Origin: Chloroflexota bacterium
Lineage (GTDB): Bacteria > Chloroflexota > Limnocylindria > Limnocylindrales > CSP1-4
Length of the DNA stretch: 64,000 bases
Reading direction: 5' to 3'
NCBI GenBank assembly: GCA_026004015.1
Contig: BPIH01000007.1
Span: forward strand, 4,229 to 68,228
Position 1 is the stretch's first letter. Each line of letters begins with the position of its first letter. A program made the position numbers and the translations under genes. Positions 16,444 through 25,035 of the stretch are shown here, in pieces. The notes beneath the pieces were generated by a model. That model was not told the DNA's origin. It made no database searches and worked only from the letters and a program-made list of their open reading frames with translations.

Positions 16444-18094
16444 GCGCCCTCCTCTTCGTCGGCGTCACCGTCGGCGCGGCGGTCGGCGCGCTTCTCCTCC
16501 GGCCGTTCCGACGGATCGCCCTGGCCGTCGCCCTCCTCGGGCTGCTCGTCGCCCTCGGCATCGCCGCCGGCATGGTCGAGGGAACGGGGATCGCCGTCGG
16601 CGATGCGGCCCTCGTCGTGACCCCCTACGCCCGGCTCGTCCTCGTCCTCGCCACTGCCATGGCCATCGTCGCCGTCGTCCTCGCCCAGGTCGACGACGAG
16701 CCGCCGGCCACGCTCCGGCCACCCTCGCCGTCATCGGCGGTCTCGGGGGCGCCCTCCTCGTCGACGAACCCCTCGTGGGTCTGCTCCTCGTCCTGGCGGC
16801 GGGGATCGCCGCGATCCTCGTCGTCCAGAGCGGGGAGCGGCCGAGCATCGTCGCCGTCGGGCGGCGATGCGGTCGCTCCGGGCCGTCGTCGTGGCCGGTG
16901 GGCTGACGATCGTGGCCGCCGCCTGGCTGGCCCGACCGCTCGGCGCCCTCGCCCTCGAGCCGGCCGTCTTCGGGGTCGCCTACCTGGCCATGGTCGGGGC
17001 GGTCGCCATGCGGCGGCGATCGTCCCGTTTCACCTCTGGCTCGTCCGGCTTGCCGACGCCGCTCCGCCGGCGACGCTCCCCGTCTTCGCCGTCTGGATTC
17101 CGGCCACCCTCGCCGTCGTCGTCCTCGGCTGGGTCGACCGGACCATCGCCCCGGTTCTCGTGCCCCTCGAGACCGAGCGTGCCGTGGTCGTCGTGGTCGG
17201 CCTCGCCTGCCTCACCCTCGGGTCTCTCGCCGCCCTTCTTGCCGACGATCGTCGTCCACCTGGCGGTCTACGCGACGGTGGCCGAAGCGGGCCTCGCCAT
17301 GCTCGGGCTGACGGTCCTCGAGCCCGAGGTCTGGCAGCCGTTCCGGAGCTGGCTCGTCGCCTTCGCCGTCGCCCAGACGGCCCTCTTCGGGTGGGTCGCC
17401 GCGCTGAAGGCCCACACCCGCTCCCGGCAGGTGGCCGAGCTCGGTGCGGTTCTCGCTTCGAGCCGCCTCCTCCGGTTCGCCCTCGCGCTCGTGGCCCTGG
17501 CGGCCATCGGGCTGCCGGGCTGGCCGATCTGGGAGGCCCGGGCTCGGATCGTCGACCTCGCCCTCGGGTCGGGCGTGGCGCCGTTGGGTCTCGTCGCCGC
17601 GTTCCTGCCCTTCGCCGCCTTCGCTCGCCTCGCCGTCGTCGGGATGGTCGGCAGCGAGGCCGGGTGGCGCGGGCGCTCGCGTTCCGTGGATCGCGGCGGC
17701 CCTGCGGCGGGGTCCGGCCGCCGGCGGGGCCGACCGTCGGCTCGGCAGGGGTGGGTGGCTCCTCGGTGCCCGCGTCGGTGCCGGCGTCGGTGCCCGCGCG
17801 TGCGCGTCGGCCCGCGCTCGCTGGGCGGCGGGCTTCCGGTCGGGCCGCTTCGGATTCGGTGGGGTGGGGCCGTGGCTGTGGGACGGGGTCCGGAGCGGCC
17901 GGTTCGAGCGGGCCGTGGCGGGCGGGTGGCGGCGAAATCGGACCCGGGTGGCGGCGATCGGGGCGGTGGCCCTCGCCGGCCTGGCGGTCGCGACGTCGGT
18001 GGGCTGGCTCGGCGTCGACGCGGCGGCGGCCGGGGGCCCGCCGTCCCTCGAGCAGACGGAGCTCCTCGGCGGAGGGCTCGAAGGGGCGCCATAG
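16440..18094 (+). pseudogene. proton-conducting membrane transporter of the NuoN/HyfF/MnhD (Proton_antipo_M) type, frameshifted several times; 3' part unclear
   Basis: MSALLFVGVTVGAAVG.. starts the gene. ..AAIVPFHLWLVRLADAAPPATLPVFAVWIPA.. has the PFHxWxP-like motif of antiporter-like subunits. ..VVHLAVYATVAEAGLAMLGL.. and ..GLPGWPIWEARARIV.. are spread over three frames. Confidence 0.5.
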
Positions 18095-18242
18095 TGACGG
18101 GGTCGCCGGGCGGTTGGGGTCGTGAGCCGGTCGGGGCCGTCAGCCGGTCGGACCTCCCGTCAGCCGCCCTCCGGCGCCGTCATCGCGTCCCGTCGTCCAG
18201 TCGGCGTCGTCGGTCGGCGTCGTCCGCGTCCAGGCGGCCTCG

Positions 18243-18704
18243 TCAGTCGCCCGGACCGACCACCCAGCGATCGATGGCCCGCTCGTACTCGACGAGCTCG
18301 TCGGGCCGGAACCACAGGGCGATCTCGGCGGCCGCCGTCTCGGGTCCGTCGGAGGCGTGGACGAGGTTCTGCCCCGTCTCGACGGCGAAGTCGCCCCGGA
18401 TGGAGCCGGGCGCCGCCTCGGCCGGGCGGGTCGCTCCGACCATGGTCCGAACGAGCCCGATGGCCCCAGGTCCCTCGAGGACGGCGGCCACGAGAGGGCC
18501 CGAGGTGATGAAGTCGACGAGGCTGGCGAAGAACGGCTTGTCGCGGTGGACAGCGTAGTGGCGTTCGGCCTGGTCGCGGGACACCTGAACGAGCTTGAGC
18601 CCGACGAGCTTGAGGCCGCGCTCTTCGAACCGGCCGATGATGCGGCCGACGAGGAGTCGCTGGACGCCGTCGGGCTTGACGAGGACGAGGGTGCGTTCGA
18701 TCAC
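18243..18704 (-). CDS. ndk: nucleoside-diphosphate kinase
   Basis: ORF track. MIERTLVLVKPDGVQRLLVGRIIGRFEERGLKLVGLK..GATRP..GSIRGDFA..NLVHASD are canonical NDK motifs. GTG start. Confidence 0.95.
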   Translation of the reverse strand: MIERTLVLVKPDGVQRLLVGRIIGRFEERGLKLVGLKLVQVSRDQAERHYAVHRDKPFFASLVDFITSGPLVAAVLEGPGAIGLVRTMVGATRPAEAAPGSIRGDFAVETGQNLVHASDGPETAAAEIALWFRPDELVEYERAIDRWVVGPGD

Positions 18705-18888
18705 GGTTCCTTCCGGTGCTGTGGGCCGGCCGGCGCCGGCAGGGGTTGGGCGGGTGTGGCCCGGGCGCGAGCGACGCGGTGCTGGCGGGGCGTCGGCCTA
18801 GGCGAGCCGAGTCTATCGTGAGCGATGGGCCGGTGGGCGGCGGCCAGGTCGTTCGGCCGCGGGCAGACCCGCCGGAATTTCTCGTTTC

Positions 18889-19098
18889 CTCGCGGTGCGA
18901 GTGGGTTGGAAGTCGCTGGCAGTTTTTCCACGGCTCGGCCCGATCACCCGAGCGTGAGTCTCGGCGGCCCCGACGTCGAAATTCCCGCGATACTCGCCCC
19001 GTGAGTGGAATGGAAGAAATCTCTTCCGGTTCACTCGCGGGGCTGGTAAACGAGAAGATCTCGGCCGGGAGGCGCGGCTCGTACTCGCCAGGCGAGTA
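18889..19098. promoter_or_regulatory. three spaced dyads of form ACTCGC-N3-GCGAGT plus a 48-nt compound hairpin in the 724-bp gap upstream of ndk
   Basis: CTCGCggtGCGAG 18889-18901; ACTCGCcccGTGAGT 18992-19006; perfect palindrome TACTCGCCAGGCGAGTA 19082-19098. Hairpin arms 18996-19007/19032-19043 (12 bp, one G-U) enclose GGAAGA-aatc-TCTTCC 19012-19027. Confidence 0.4.
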
Positions 19099-19129
19099 AC
19101 GTGGAAAATGGGCGCCCGGGTGGAGCGTC

Positions 19130-19232
19130 GAGCCGACGGCGGGGTGGGCCTGAGGGTGCGAGGTCGAGAAGGCGCTCGACGGAGCTGGCTGTGGTGCTGG
19201 AGCCGACCGCGGGGTGGGGCTGAGGGTGCGGG
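19130..19232. repeat. two copies of a ~34-bp direct repeat, 70 bp apart
   Basis: GAGCCGACGGCGGGGTGGGCCTGAGGGTGCGAGG at 19130-19163 versus GAGCCGACCGCGGGGTGGGGCTGAGGGTGCGGG at 19200-19232. Confidence 0.8.
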
Positions 19233-19428
19233 ACGGGACCGACGGCGAGCGATCGGCTGACCGGCGCTGATCCAGCGAGCGAGCCCAGACCGGCGCTGCG
19301 CGGTCCGGGCGCGAGCCGAGGCACGGTCGCGAGAGAGCGGCGGCACGGTCGGAGGAGGACGAGCGGGCCGTCGGCGGGACGGTGAGTCGCCGGCCTGCCA
19401 CCGGGCAGCGACGCCGCCCGGCGGACCG

Positions 19429-20346
19429 TCACCCCTCCGCTGGGCGCCGGAGAACCTCGCTGGCCCGGCGGTACGCGGCGCGAGCCTCCGCCTCCCTGCC
19501 GACGAGCTGGAGGGCGTCGCCCCGCAGGACCTCGAGCCCGGCGATGTCACCCCGGCCCTCCCCGAACGCGGAGCTCTCGAGCTCGGCCAGCAGATCAAGC
19601 ACCGCCTCGGCGGCGGCCGGCTCGAAGCGCAGGGCCAGGCCGAGGGCCGCGACCCCGGCCTCGAGCCGACCCTCCCCGAGGGCCGTTCGGGCGAGGGCGA
19701 GCCAGCGGGCGGTCTCGCTCGTGGCACGGGTCGGCTCCGCGCCACGGCGGAGAACCGAGCCGGGCGACGATGAGGCGGCGGCCCTCGGCGACGCCAGGCC
19801 GGACGGCGGCCCCCGTCGGCGACTGGCCGGCGCCGCCGACGGCTCGAGCGTGCTCGGCCGACGGCTCGCGGAGGGCTCGTCGACGGCTCGGCCGACGGCT
19901 CGATCCCGGACAGCCGCCGACCCGGACGGCTCGGCTCCCCGCGACCCAGGCCCGGTCCCGAGGACGCCCTCCCAGACCGGACCCGCCGGCAGGCCCGCGA
20001 AGACAGCCCGCAGGGCCACGGGTCCCGCCTCCGCTGCCGCCCGGGCCGCCGCCTCCGCCTCGGCGGTGCGACCCTCGGCGAAGCGGTACTCGGCCGCGAC
20101 GACCTGGGCGACGAGGACGTCGCCGCCCTGCTCGAGGTGCGCCTCGGCGGCGAGACCGGCGCCGACGAGATCGCCCGTCCGCCAGCGAACCTCGGCGAGG
20201 TCGGCGAGGCCGTCCCGGTCGAGGGTGCCCTGCCCGGCAGCGGCCTCGAGCTCGGCGCGGGCCAGGGCGAGGAGGCCCGTCTTCAGATGGAGGCGGGCGA
20301 GACGGAGGTCGGGATGGCGGTCGGAGACCGCGCTGACGCGAATCAT
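19429..20346 (-). CDS. Ala-rich TPR-like repeat protein, hypothetical
   Basis: Tail of ORF 19429..20541 from MIRVSAVSDRHPDLRLARLHLKTGLLALARAELEAA.. Helical-repeat-like ends surround a low-complexity middle. Start uncertain. Confidence 0.5.
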   Translation of the reverse strand: MIRVSAVSDRHPDLRLARLHLKTGLLALARAELEAAAGQGTLDRDGLADLAEVRWRTGDLVGAGLAAEAHLEQGGDVLVAQVVAAEYRFAEGRTAEAEAAARAAAEAGPVALRAVFAGLPAGPVWEGVLGTGPGSRGAEPSGSAAVRDRAVGRAVDEPSASRRPSTLEPSAAPASRRRGPPSGLASPRAAASSSPGSVLRRGAEPTRATSETARWLALARTALGEGRLEAGVAALGLALRFEPAAAEAVLDLLAELESSAFGEGRGDIAGLEVLRGDALQLVGREAEARAAYRRASEVLRRPAEG

Positions 20347-20488
20347 CGGCCCAGCCCCGGCGATGCAAGGATGCGCGCCCGCCCCTCCCGGGCCGGCGAA
20401 CCCGCCGGACCCGCAATCGAGCCCGCCGGACCCGCCGGCGAACGCGTACGAAACGGGGCGAAACCTCGACCCGAAGACCGCCGCCCGA

Positions 20489-21790
20489 TCACGGCAACCG
20501 GAGACACCGATCGAGGTCCCGTCCGTGGCCCGGCGGGGCAACGACCGCCAGCCGGAGCGCCTCGTCGCGGAAGAGCGCGCCCGCCAGCCGAGCCACGTCG
20601 TCGGCCGTCACCGCCTCGATCCTCGCCAGCGCCTCGTCCACCGTCAGGACCCGCTCGTGGAGCGCCTCCTGGACCCCGAGCCAGGAAGCCACCCCTCGAG
20701 CATCGTCCATCCGGAGCTCGAGACTCCCCCCGAGGTAGCGCTTCGCCTTCTCCAGCTCGGCGGCCGGCACCGGCTCGTCGCGGAGCCTGGCCAGCTCGGC
20801 CAGGACCGAGCGCAAGGCCGGCTCGAGGGCCTCCGGGTCGACCCCGGCCGAGATCTCCAGGGCTCCGGCGTCGGCGTAGTCGACGACCCCCGAGCCGATG
20901 TCGTAGGCGAGCGCCTGCTCCTCGCGGACCCGGAGGAAGAGGCGGCTGCTCATGCCGTCACCGAGGAGCGTGTTCAGGACGGCGAGCACCCAGGCGTCCG
21001 GATGGTCCCGCCGGAGCGCCGGCACCCCGACGACGAGCTGCGCCTGAGCCGTGTCCCGCTCGGCGAGGAGGTAGCGCGGCCCGGCCGGCAGCCCCGGCGC
21101 CGGATCGGGCGGCGGGAGGCGTCCGTCGCCGGTGCCGAAGGCTGCCGCCGCAAGCTCGACGGCCGTCTCGTGGTCGATGTCGCCGGCCACAGCGACGACG
21201 ACGTTTCCGGGTCGGTACGCCCGGGCCCAGAAGCCCCGGATCGTGCCGCTCGGCAGGCGCCGGATCGCCGCTTCGTCGCCGCAGATCTCCCGGCCGAGGG
21301 GGCCGTCCCCGAAGAGGGCTCGATTGAAGAGGATGTGGACGTGCTCGACCGGGTCGTCGAGATACGAGCGGATCTCCTCGACGATGACCGTTCGCTCGCG
21401 CTCGATCTCGGCCGGGTCGAGGGTCGGCCGGACGACGAGCTCGCCGAGGACCTCGAAGCCTCGGCGCGCCTCCGACCGAGGGACGCGGACCCAGTAGACC
21501 GTCGACTCCCGATCGGTGGCGGCGTTGAAGGAGCCGCCGACGCCTTCGATGGTCTCGGCCACGGCCCGGGCGTCGCGGTAGGCGGCCGTCCCCTTGAAGG
21601 CGATGTGCTCCATGAAGTGGGCGACCCCGACCTCGTCCGGCGCCTCGTGGCGGGCCCCGGCGAGGACGTGGGCGGCGGCGGCGACGGAGCGGCTTCCGGG
21701 GAGGCGGGCGCTGATGACCCGGGGGCCGCCGGGCAGGACCGTTCGCTCGAACATCACCGACGATGGTAGCCGACGCCGGGGCGACCCCAT
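20489..21790 (-). CDS. M16-family (pitrilysin/insulinase-like) zinc peptidase
   Basis: ORF track. ..GARHEAPDEVGVAHFMEHIAFKGT.. carries the inverted HxxEH zinc motif (HFMEH). ATG 21754 (MFERTVLPGG) is an alternative start. Confidence 0.85.
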   Translation of the reverse strand: MGSPRRRLPSSVMFERTVLPGGPRVISARLPGSRSVAAAAHVLAGARHEAPDEVGVAHFMEHIAFKGTAAYRDARAVAETIEGVGGSFNAATDRESTVYWVRVPRSEARRGFEVLGELVVRPTLDPAEIERERTVIVEEIRSYLDDPVEHVHILFNRALFGDGPLGREICGDEAAIRRLPSGTIRGFWARAYRPGNVVVAVAGDIDHETAVELAAAAFGTGDGRLPPPDPAPGLPAGPRYLLAERDTAQAQLVVGVPALRRDHPDAWVLAVLNTLLGDGMSSRLFLRVREEQALAYDIGSGVVDYADAGALEISAGVDPEALEPALRSVLAELARLRDEPVPAAELEKAKRYLGGSLELRMDDARGVASWLGVQEALHERVLTVDEALARIEAVTADDVARLAGALFRDEALRLAVVAPPGHGRDLDRCLRLP

Positions 21791-21901
21791 CGTGACCGAC
21801 GGCCGGCATCCGCCAGCGCCGAGGGCCCGCCGAGGCGCCGACCGACCCCGGGGGCCGGGAGGCGGGGCCGGGGACCCGCTCCCCGGCCCACCGGGCGGAC
21901 G

Positions 21902-21969
21902 GCGCAGGGTCAGAGGACCGCGCAGGGCCAGCGGACCGCGAAGGGTCAGCGGACCGCGCGGGGTCAGAG
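21902..21969. repeat. 18-bp tandem repeat, about 3.7 copies, immediately 3' of (and overlapping) the permease stop codon
   Basis: GCGCAGGGTCAGAGGACC / GCGCAGGGCCAGCGGACC / GCGAAGGGTCAGCGGACC / GCGCGGGGTCAGAG. Confidence 0.85.
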
Positions 21970-23457
21970 ATTGAACGTCTGCTGCAGCCAGGGGATGGCG
22001 AAGTAGACGACGAAGGCGGCCGAGACGACCCAGAGGAGCGGATGGACCTCGGCGCTCCGCCCCTTCACCGCCTTCAGGAAGACGTAGGTGATGAAGCCGG
22101 CCGCGATCCCGTCGGTGATCGAGTACGTGAGCGGCATGACGATCATCGTCGCCAGGGCCGGGAAGACGTCGTCGATGTCGCCCCAGTCGAAGTCGCGGGC
22201 GATGGTGAACATGAGATAGCCGACGACGACGAGGGCCGCCGCCGTCGCCTGGGCCGGGACGATCCCGGCGACCGGGGCGAAGAGGATCGAGACGAGGAAG
22301 AGGACGCCGACGACGACCGAGGTCAGACCCGTCCGGCCGCCCTCGGAGACCCCGGCCGCCGACTCGATGTAGGTCGTGTTCGAGCTCGTCGAGAAGAGCC
22401 CGCCGAGGATCGCCCCGAAGGAGTCGACGACGAGGACCCGCTGGATCCCCGGCAGCCGCCCCTCGGCATCGACGAAGCCGGCCTCCTCGCCGACCCCGAT
22501 GACCGTCCCCATGGTGTCGAAGAAGTCGGCGAGCATGAGGCTGAAGACGATGAGGGCGACCGTGATGACGGACGTCTCCGGGCGCGTCCAGACCGTAAGC
22601 ATCGCCCCGAGGGGCGCCAGGAGCGTGCTGAAGTTGTCGGCCCCGAGGTCGAGGACCACCCGTTCGGGGAGGACGGCCTGACCGGGGCCGAAGCCGGCCG
22701 CGTCGCCGTAGATGGCCCGGAGGACGATGGCGACCCCGGTGGCCACGAAGATGCTGATGAGGAGGGCCCCCTTCACCCGCCTGGCCATGAGGGCGAGGGC
22801 GACGACGAGGCCGACGACGAAGGTGAGGAAAGCCGGCGTCGTCAGGTCACCGAGGGTGACCGGCGTCCCCGTCCCGGCCTTCACGAAGCCGCCCTGGACG
22901 AGGCCGATGAAGAGGATGAAGAGGCCGATGCCGACCGCGATGGCTCGCTTCAGGCCGAGGGGGATCGCCTGCATGACCGCCTCCCGAAGGCCGGTCAGGA
23001 CGAGGATGAGGATGATGATCCCCTCCCAGGCGATGACGGCCATCGCCTCCTGCCAGGAGAAGCCTCGGCCGAGGATGAGGTTGAAGGCGACGACGGCGTT
23101 CAGGCCGAGCCCGGCAGCGAGGGCGAAGGGGTAGTTCGCCACGAGGCCCATGGCGATGGTCAGGATGCCGGCCGTCAGGGCCGTCGCCACGACCGTCGGC
23201 AGGAAGGGCGGTCCCGAACCCTCGAGGGGACCGGTCGACAGGATGTTCGGGTTGACGAAGATGATGTAGGCCATGACCATGAAGGTGGTCAGGCCGGCTC
23301 GAAGCTCGGTCCCGAACGTCGTCCCGCGCTCGTCGAGGCGGAAGTAGGCGGCGATGGCGTTCACCTTCGGCGATCCTCCAACTCCCTCGTGACGCGGCGA
23401 CCCCGCGGCCGCCGACATCGAACGACCTCCATCGTCGGCGGCGGGCTTGGTGGGCAT
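21964..23457 (-). CDS. NCS2-family purine (adenine/guanine/hypoxanthine, AzgA/PbuG-like) permease
   Basis: Tail of ORF 21964..24129. ..FRLDERGTTFGTELRAGLTTFMVMAYIIFVNP.., ..TSSNTTYIESAAGVSEGGRTGLTS.. and ..PLTYSITDGIAAGF.. are characteristic. Start is 23457 or 23418. Confidence 0.9.
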   Translation of the reverse strand: MPTKPAADDGGRSMSAAAGSPRHEGVGGSPKVNAIAAYFRLDERGTTFGTELRAGLTTFMVMAYIIFVNPNILSTGPLEGSGPPFLPTVVATALTAGILTIAMGLVANYPFALAAGLGLNAVVAFNLILGRGFSWQEAMAVIAWEGIIILILVLTGLREAVMQAIPLGLKRAIAVGIGLFILFIGLVQGGFVKAGTGTPVTLGDLTTPAFLTFVVGLVVALALMARRVKGALLISIFVATGVAIVLRAIYGDAAGFGPGQAVLPERVVLDLGADNFSTLLAPLGAMLTVWTRPETSVITVALIVFSLMLADFFDTMGTVIGVGEEAGFVDAEGRLPGIQRVLVVDSFGAILGGLFSTSSNTTYIESAAGVSEGGRTGLTSVVVGVLFLVSILFAPVAGIVPAQATAAALVVVGYLMFTIARDFDWGDIDDVFPALATMIVMPLTYSITDGIAAGFITYVFLKAVKGRSAEVHPLLWVVSAAFVVYFAIPWLQQTFNL

Positions 23458-23489
23458 CCCCGCCGCTCGATCCGTCGATCCCTCCTCCG

Positions 23490-23933
23490 CTAGGCACCCT
23501 CCTCGCCCGGCTCGAGGCGGAGCAGCTCCATCTGGACGAACCCGCTCGTGTCGAACTCGAGCTGGCGGGGCTCCATGGGCGCCCGTCCCGACGAGTCGCT
23601 CGGCACGAACTCGAGGACGACCCGTTCGTCGCCTTGGACGAGGACGTAGGCGAGGAGCTGGTCGGGCCGGGTCTCGAACTCGAGGTGCTCGAAGGAATCG
23701 ACGTTGATGCAGATCGCCAGGGGGGTGAAGTAGGTCGAGACGTCGGGCTTGTCGGCGACGATCCGCTCCACCCAGCCGGTCCCGCTGGCGACGAGGTCCC
23801 GGCCCCGGAAGTAGCGGTAGCCGACGGTCTGCTTGAGGAGGGGCCGAAGGAGGTTCTGCATGTCCGTCCGCGAGCTGACGATCCCGCGGTTGACGAAGAA
23901 CTTGGCGGGGGACCTCGGGGCACGCTCCTCCAC
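23490..23933 (-). CDS. hypothetical protein (about 147 aa), co-oriented 33 nt upstream of the purine permease
   Basis: Coding-looking tail of ORF 23490..25097 (VEERAPRSPAKFFVNRGIVSSRTDMQNLLRPLLKQTVGYRYFRGRDL..). GTG 23931-23933 has GGAGAGG 6 nt upstream. No family recognised. Confidence 0.6.
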   Translation of the reverse strand: MEERAPRSPAKFFVNRGIVSSRTDMQNLLRPLLKQTVGYRYFRGRDLVASGTGWVERIVADKPDVSTYFTPLAICINVDSFEHLEFETRPDQLLAYVLVQGDERVVLEFVPSDSSGRAPMEPRQLEFDTSGFVQMELLRLEPGEEGA

Positions 23934-24072
23934 AGAATCCTCTCCGACGCTCGATGACTCCTGGCCGACGGGCCGCGGTCGGCTGTCGCTCCGGGCGGGC
24001 CGCGGCGGCTCCGATGGTAGCGCACCGACCCGGCCAAAACGAGACCGATGTTGATGGGGCGGCCGGTCGGCG

Positions 24073-24190
24073 GCCACGGTCCGGGTCCGAGCGCCAGGTG
24101 CAGCCCACGGTCCGACCCGGGGGTGCCACGGTCCGGGCCCGGGGGTGCCACGCTCCGGGCCCGAGGCGCCACGGCCGGACGGGCCCAGCG
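24073..24190. repeat. about five tandem copies of a 21-22-bp unit GCCACGGTCCGGGCCCGGGGGT in the divergent promoter gap upstream of coaX
   Basis: Unit starts are at 24073, 24103, 24125, 24147 and 24168. Each unit contains the palindrome CCGGGCCCGG or a variant. Confidence 0.8.
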
Positions 24191-24212
24191 GCAGGGCGCG
24201 TATGATCGAGGC

Positions 24213-25025
24213 ATGCTCCTCGTCGTCGACGTCGGCAACACCGCCCTGAGGATCGGCCTCGTTCGGCACGGCGCCCTCGTGGCCACCCGCCGGGCGACGA
24301 CCGACCCGCGGGCGACCCCCGACGAGCTCGAGCACCTCCTCGACGCCCTCATGCGCCTCGACGGTCTCTCCCTCGGCGAGGTCGACGAGATCGCCGTCGC
24401 CTCGGTCGTGCCGGCCGTGACGGCCAGCCTGGAAGCGGTGGCCGCCCGTCGCGACCGTCCCCTCCTGTCGGCCCACGCCGGGACGATCCCCCTCGCCGTT
24501 CGCGTCGAGCGCCCGGCCGAGGTCGGCGCCGACCGCCTCGTCAACGCCCTCGCCGCCGCCCGCCTCTACGGGACCCCCGCCGTCGTCGTCGACTTCGGGA
24601 CGGCGACGACCATCGACTGCGTCGCCGCCGACGGCGCCTACGTCGGCGGGGCCATCGCCCCCGGGCTCGAGCTCGGCCTCGAGGCCCTCGCCGCCCGGAC
24701 GGCGAAGCTGCCTCGGATCGAGCTCCGGACGCCCGAGCGGGTCATCGGCCGCGACACGGTGAGCGCCATGCAGGCCGGGACGATCTTCGGCTACCAGGCC
24801 CTCGCCAGCGGCCTCGTCACCCGTGCCCGCCGAGAGCTCGCCGCCGAATCCGGCCTGCCGCCCGAGGCGGTCCGGACCGTCATGACCGGGGGGCTCTCGG
24901 CCGCCCCCTGGGCCCGCGGCGTCGAGGGGATCGAGGTCGTCGACCCCGAGCTCACCCTGAAAGGGCTCGCCATCCTTCACGCCGAGGTGACCGGCGGCGA
25001 GCCGCTCCGCCTCGGCCTCGGCTGA
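24213..25025 (+). CDS. coaX: type III pantothenate kinase
   Basis: MLLVVDVGNTALRIGL.. and ..VVVDFGTATTIDCV.. are CoaX motifs. ATG 24213 lies inside ORF 24048..25025. Confidence 0.9.
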   Translation: MLLVVDVGNTALRIGLVRHGALVATRRATTDPRATPDELEHLLDALMRLDGLSLGEVDEIAVASVVPAVTASLEAVAARRDRPLLSAHAGTIPLAVRVERPAEVGADRLVNALAAARLYGTPAVVVDFGTATTIDCVAADGAYVGGAIAPGLELGLEALAARTAKLPRIELRTPERVIGRDTVSAMQAGTIFGYQALASGLVTRARRELAAESGLPPEAVRTVMTGGLSAAPWARGVEGIEVVDPELTLKGLAILHAEVTGGEPLRLGLG

Positions 25026-25035
25026 GAGAGCGTCG

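Noticed and set aside
23934-24212. Purine riboswitch upstream of the hypothetical/NCS2 permease pair
   Set aside because: I could not find the conserved guanine/adenine riboswitch core on the minus strand. The region is dominated by the 22-bp tandem repeat instead.
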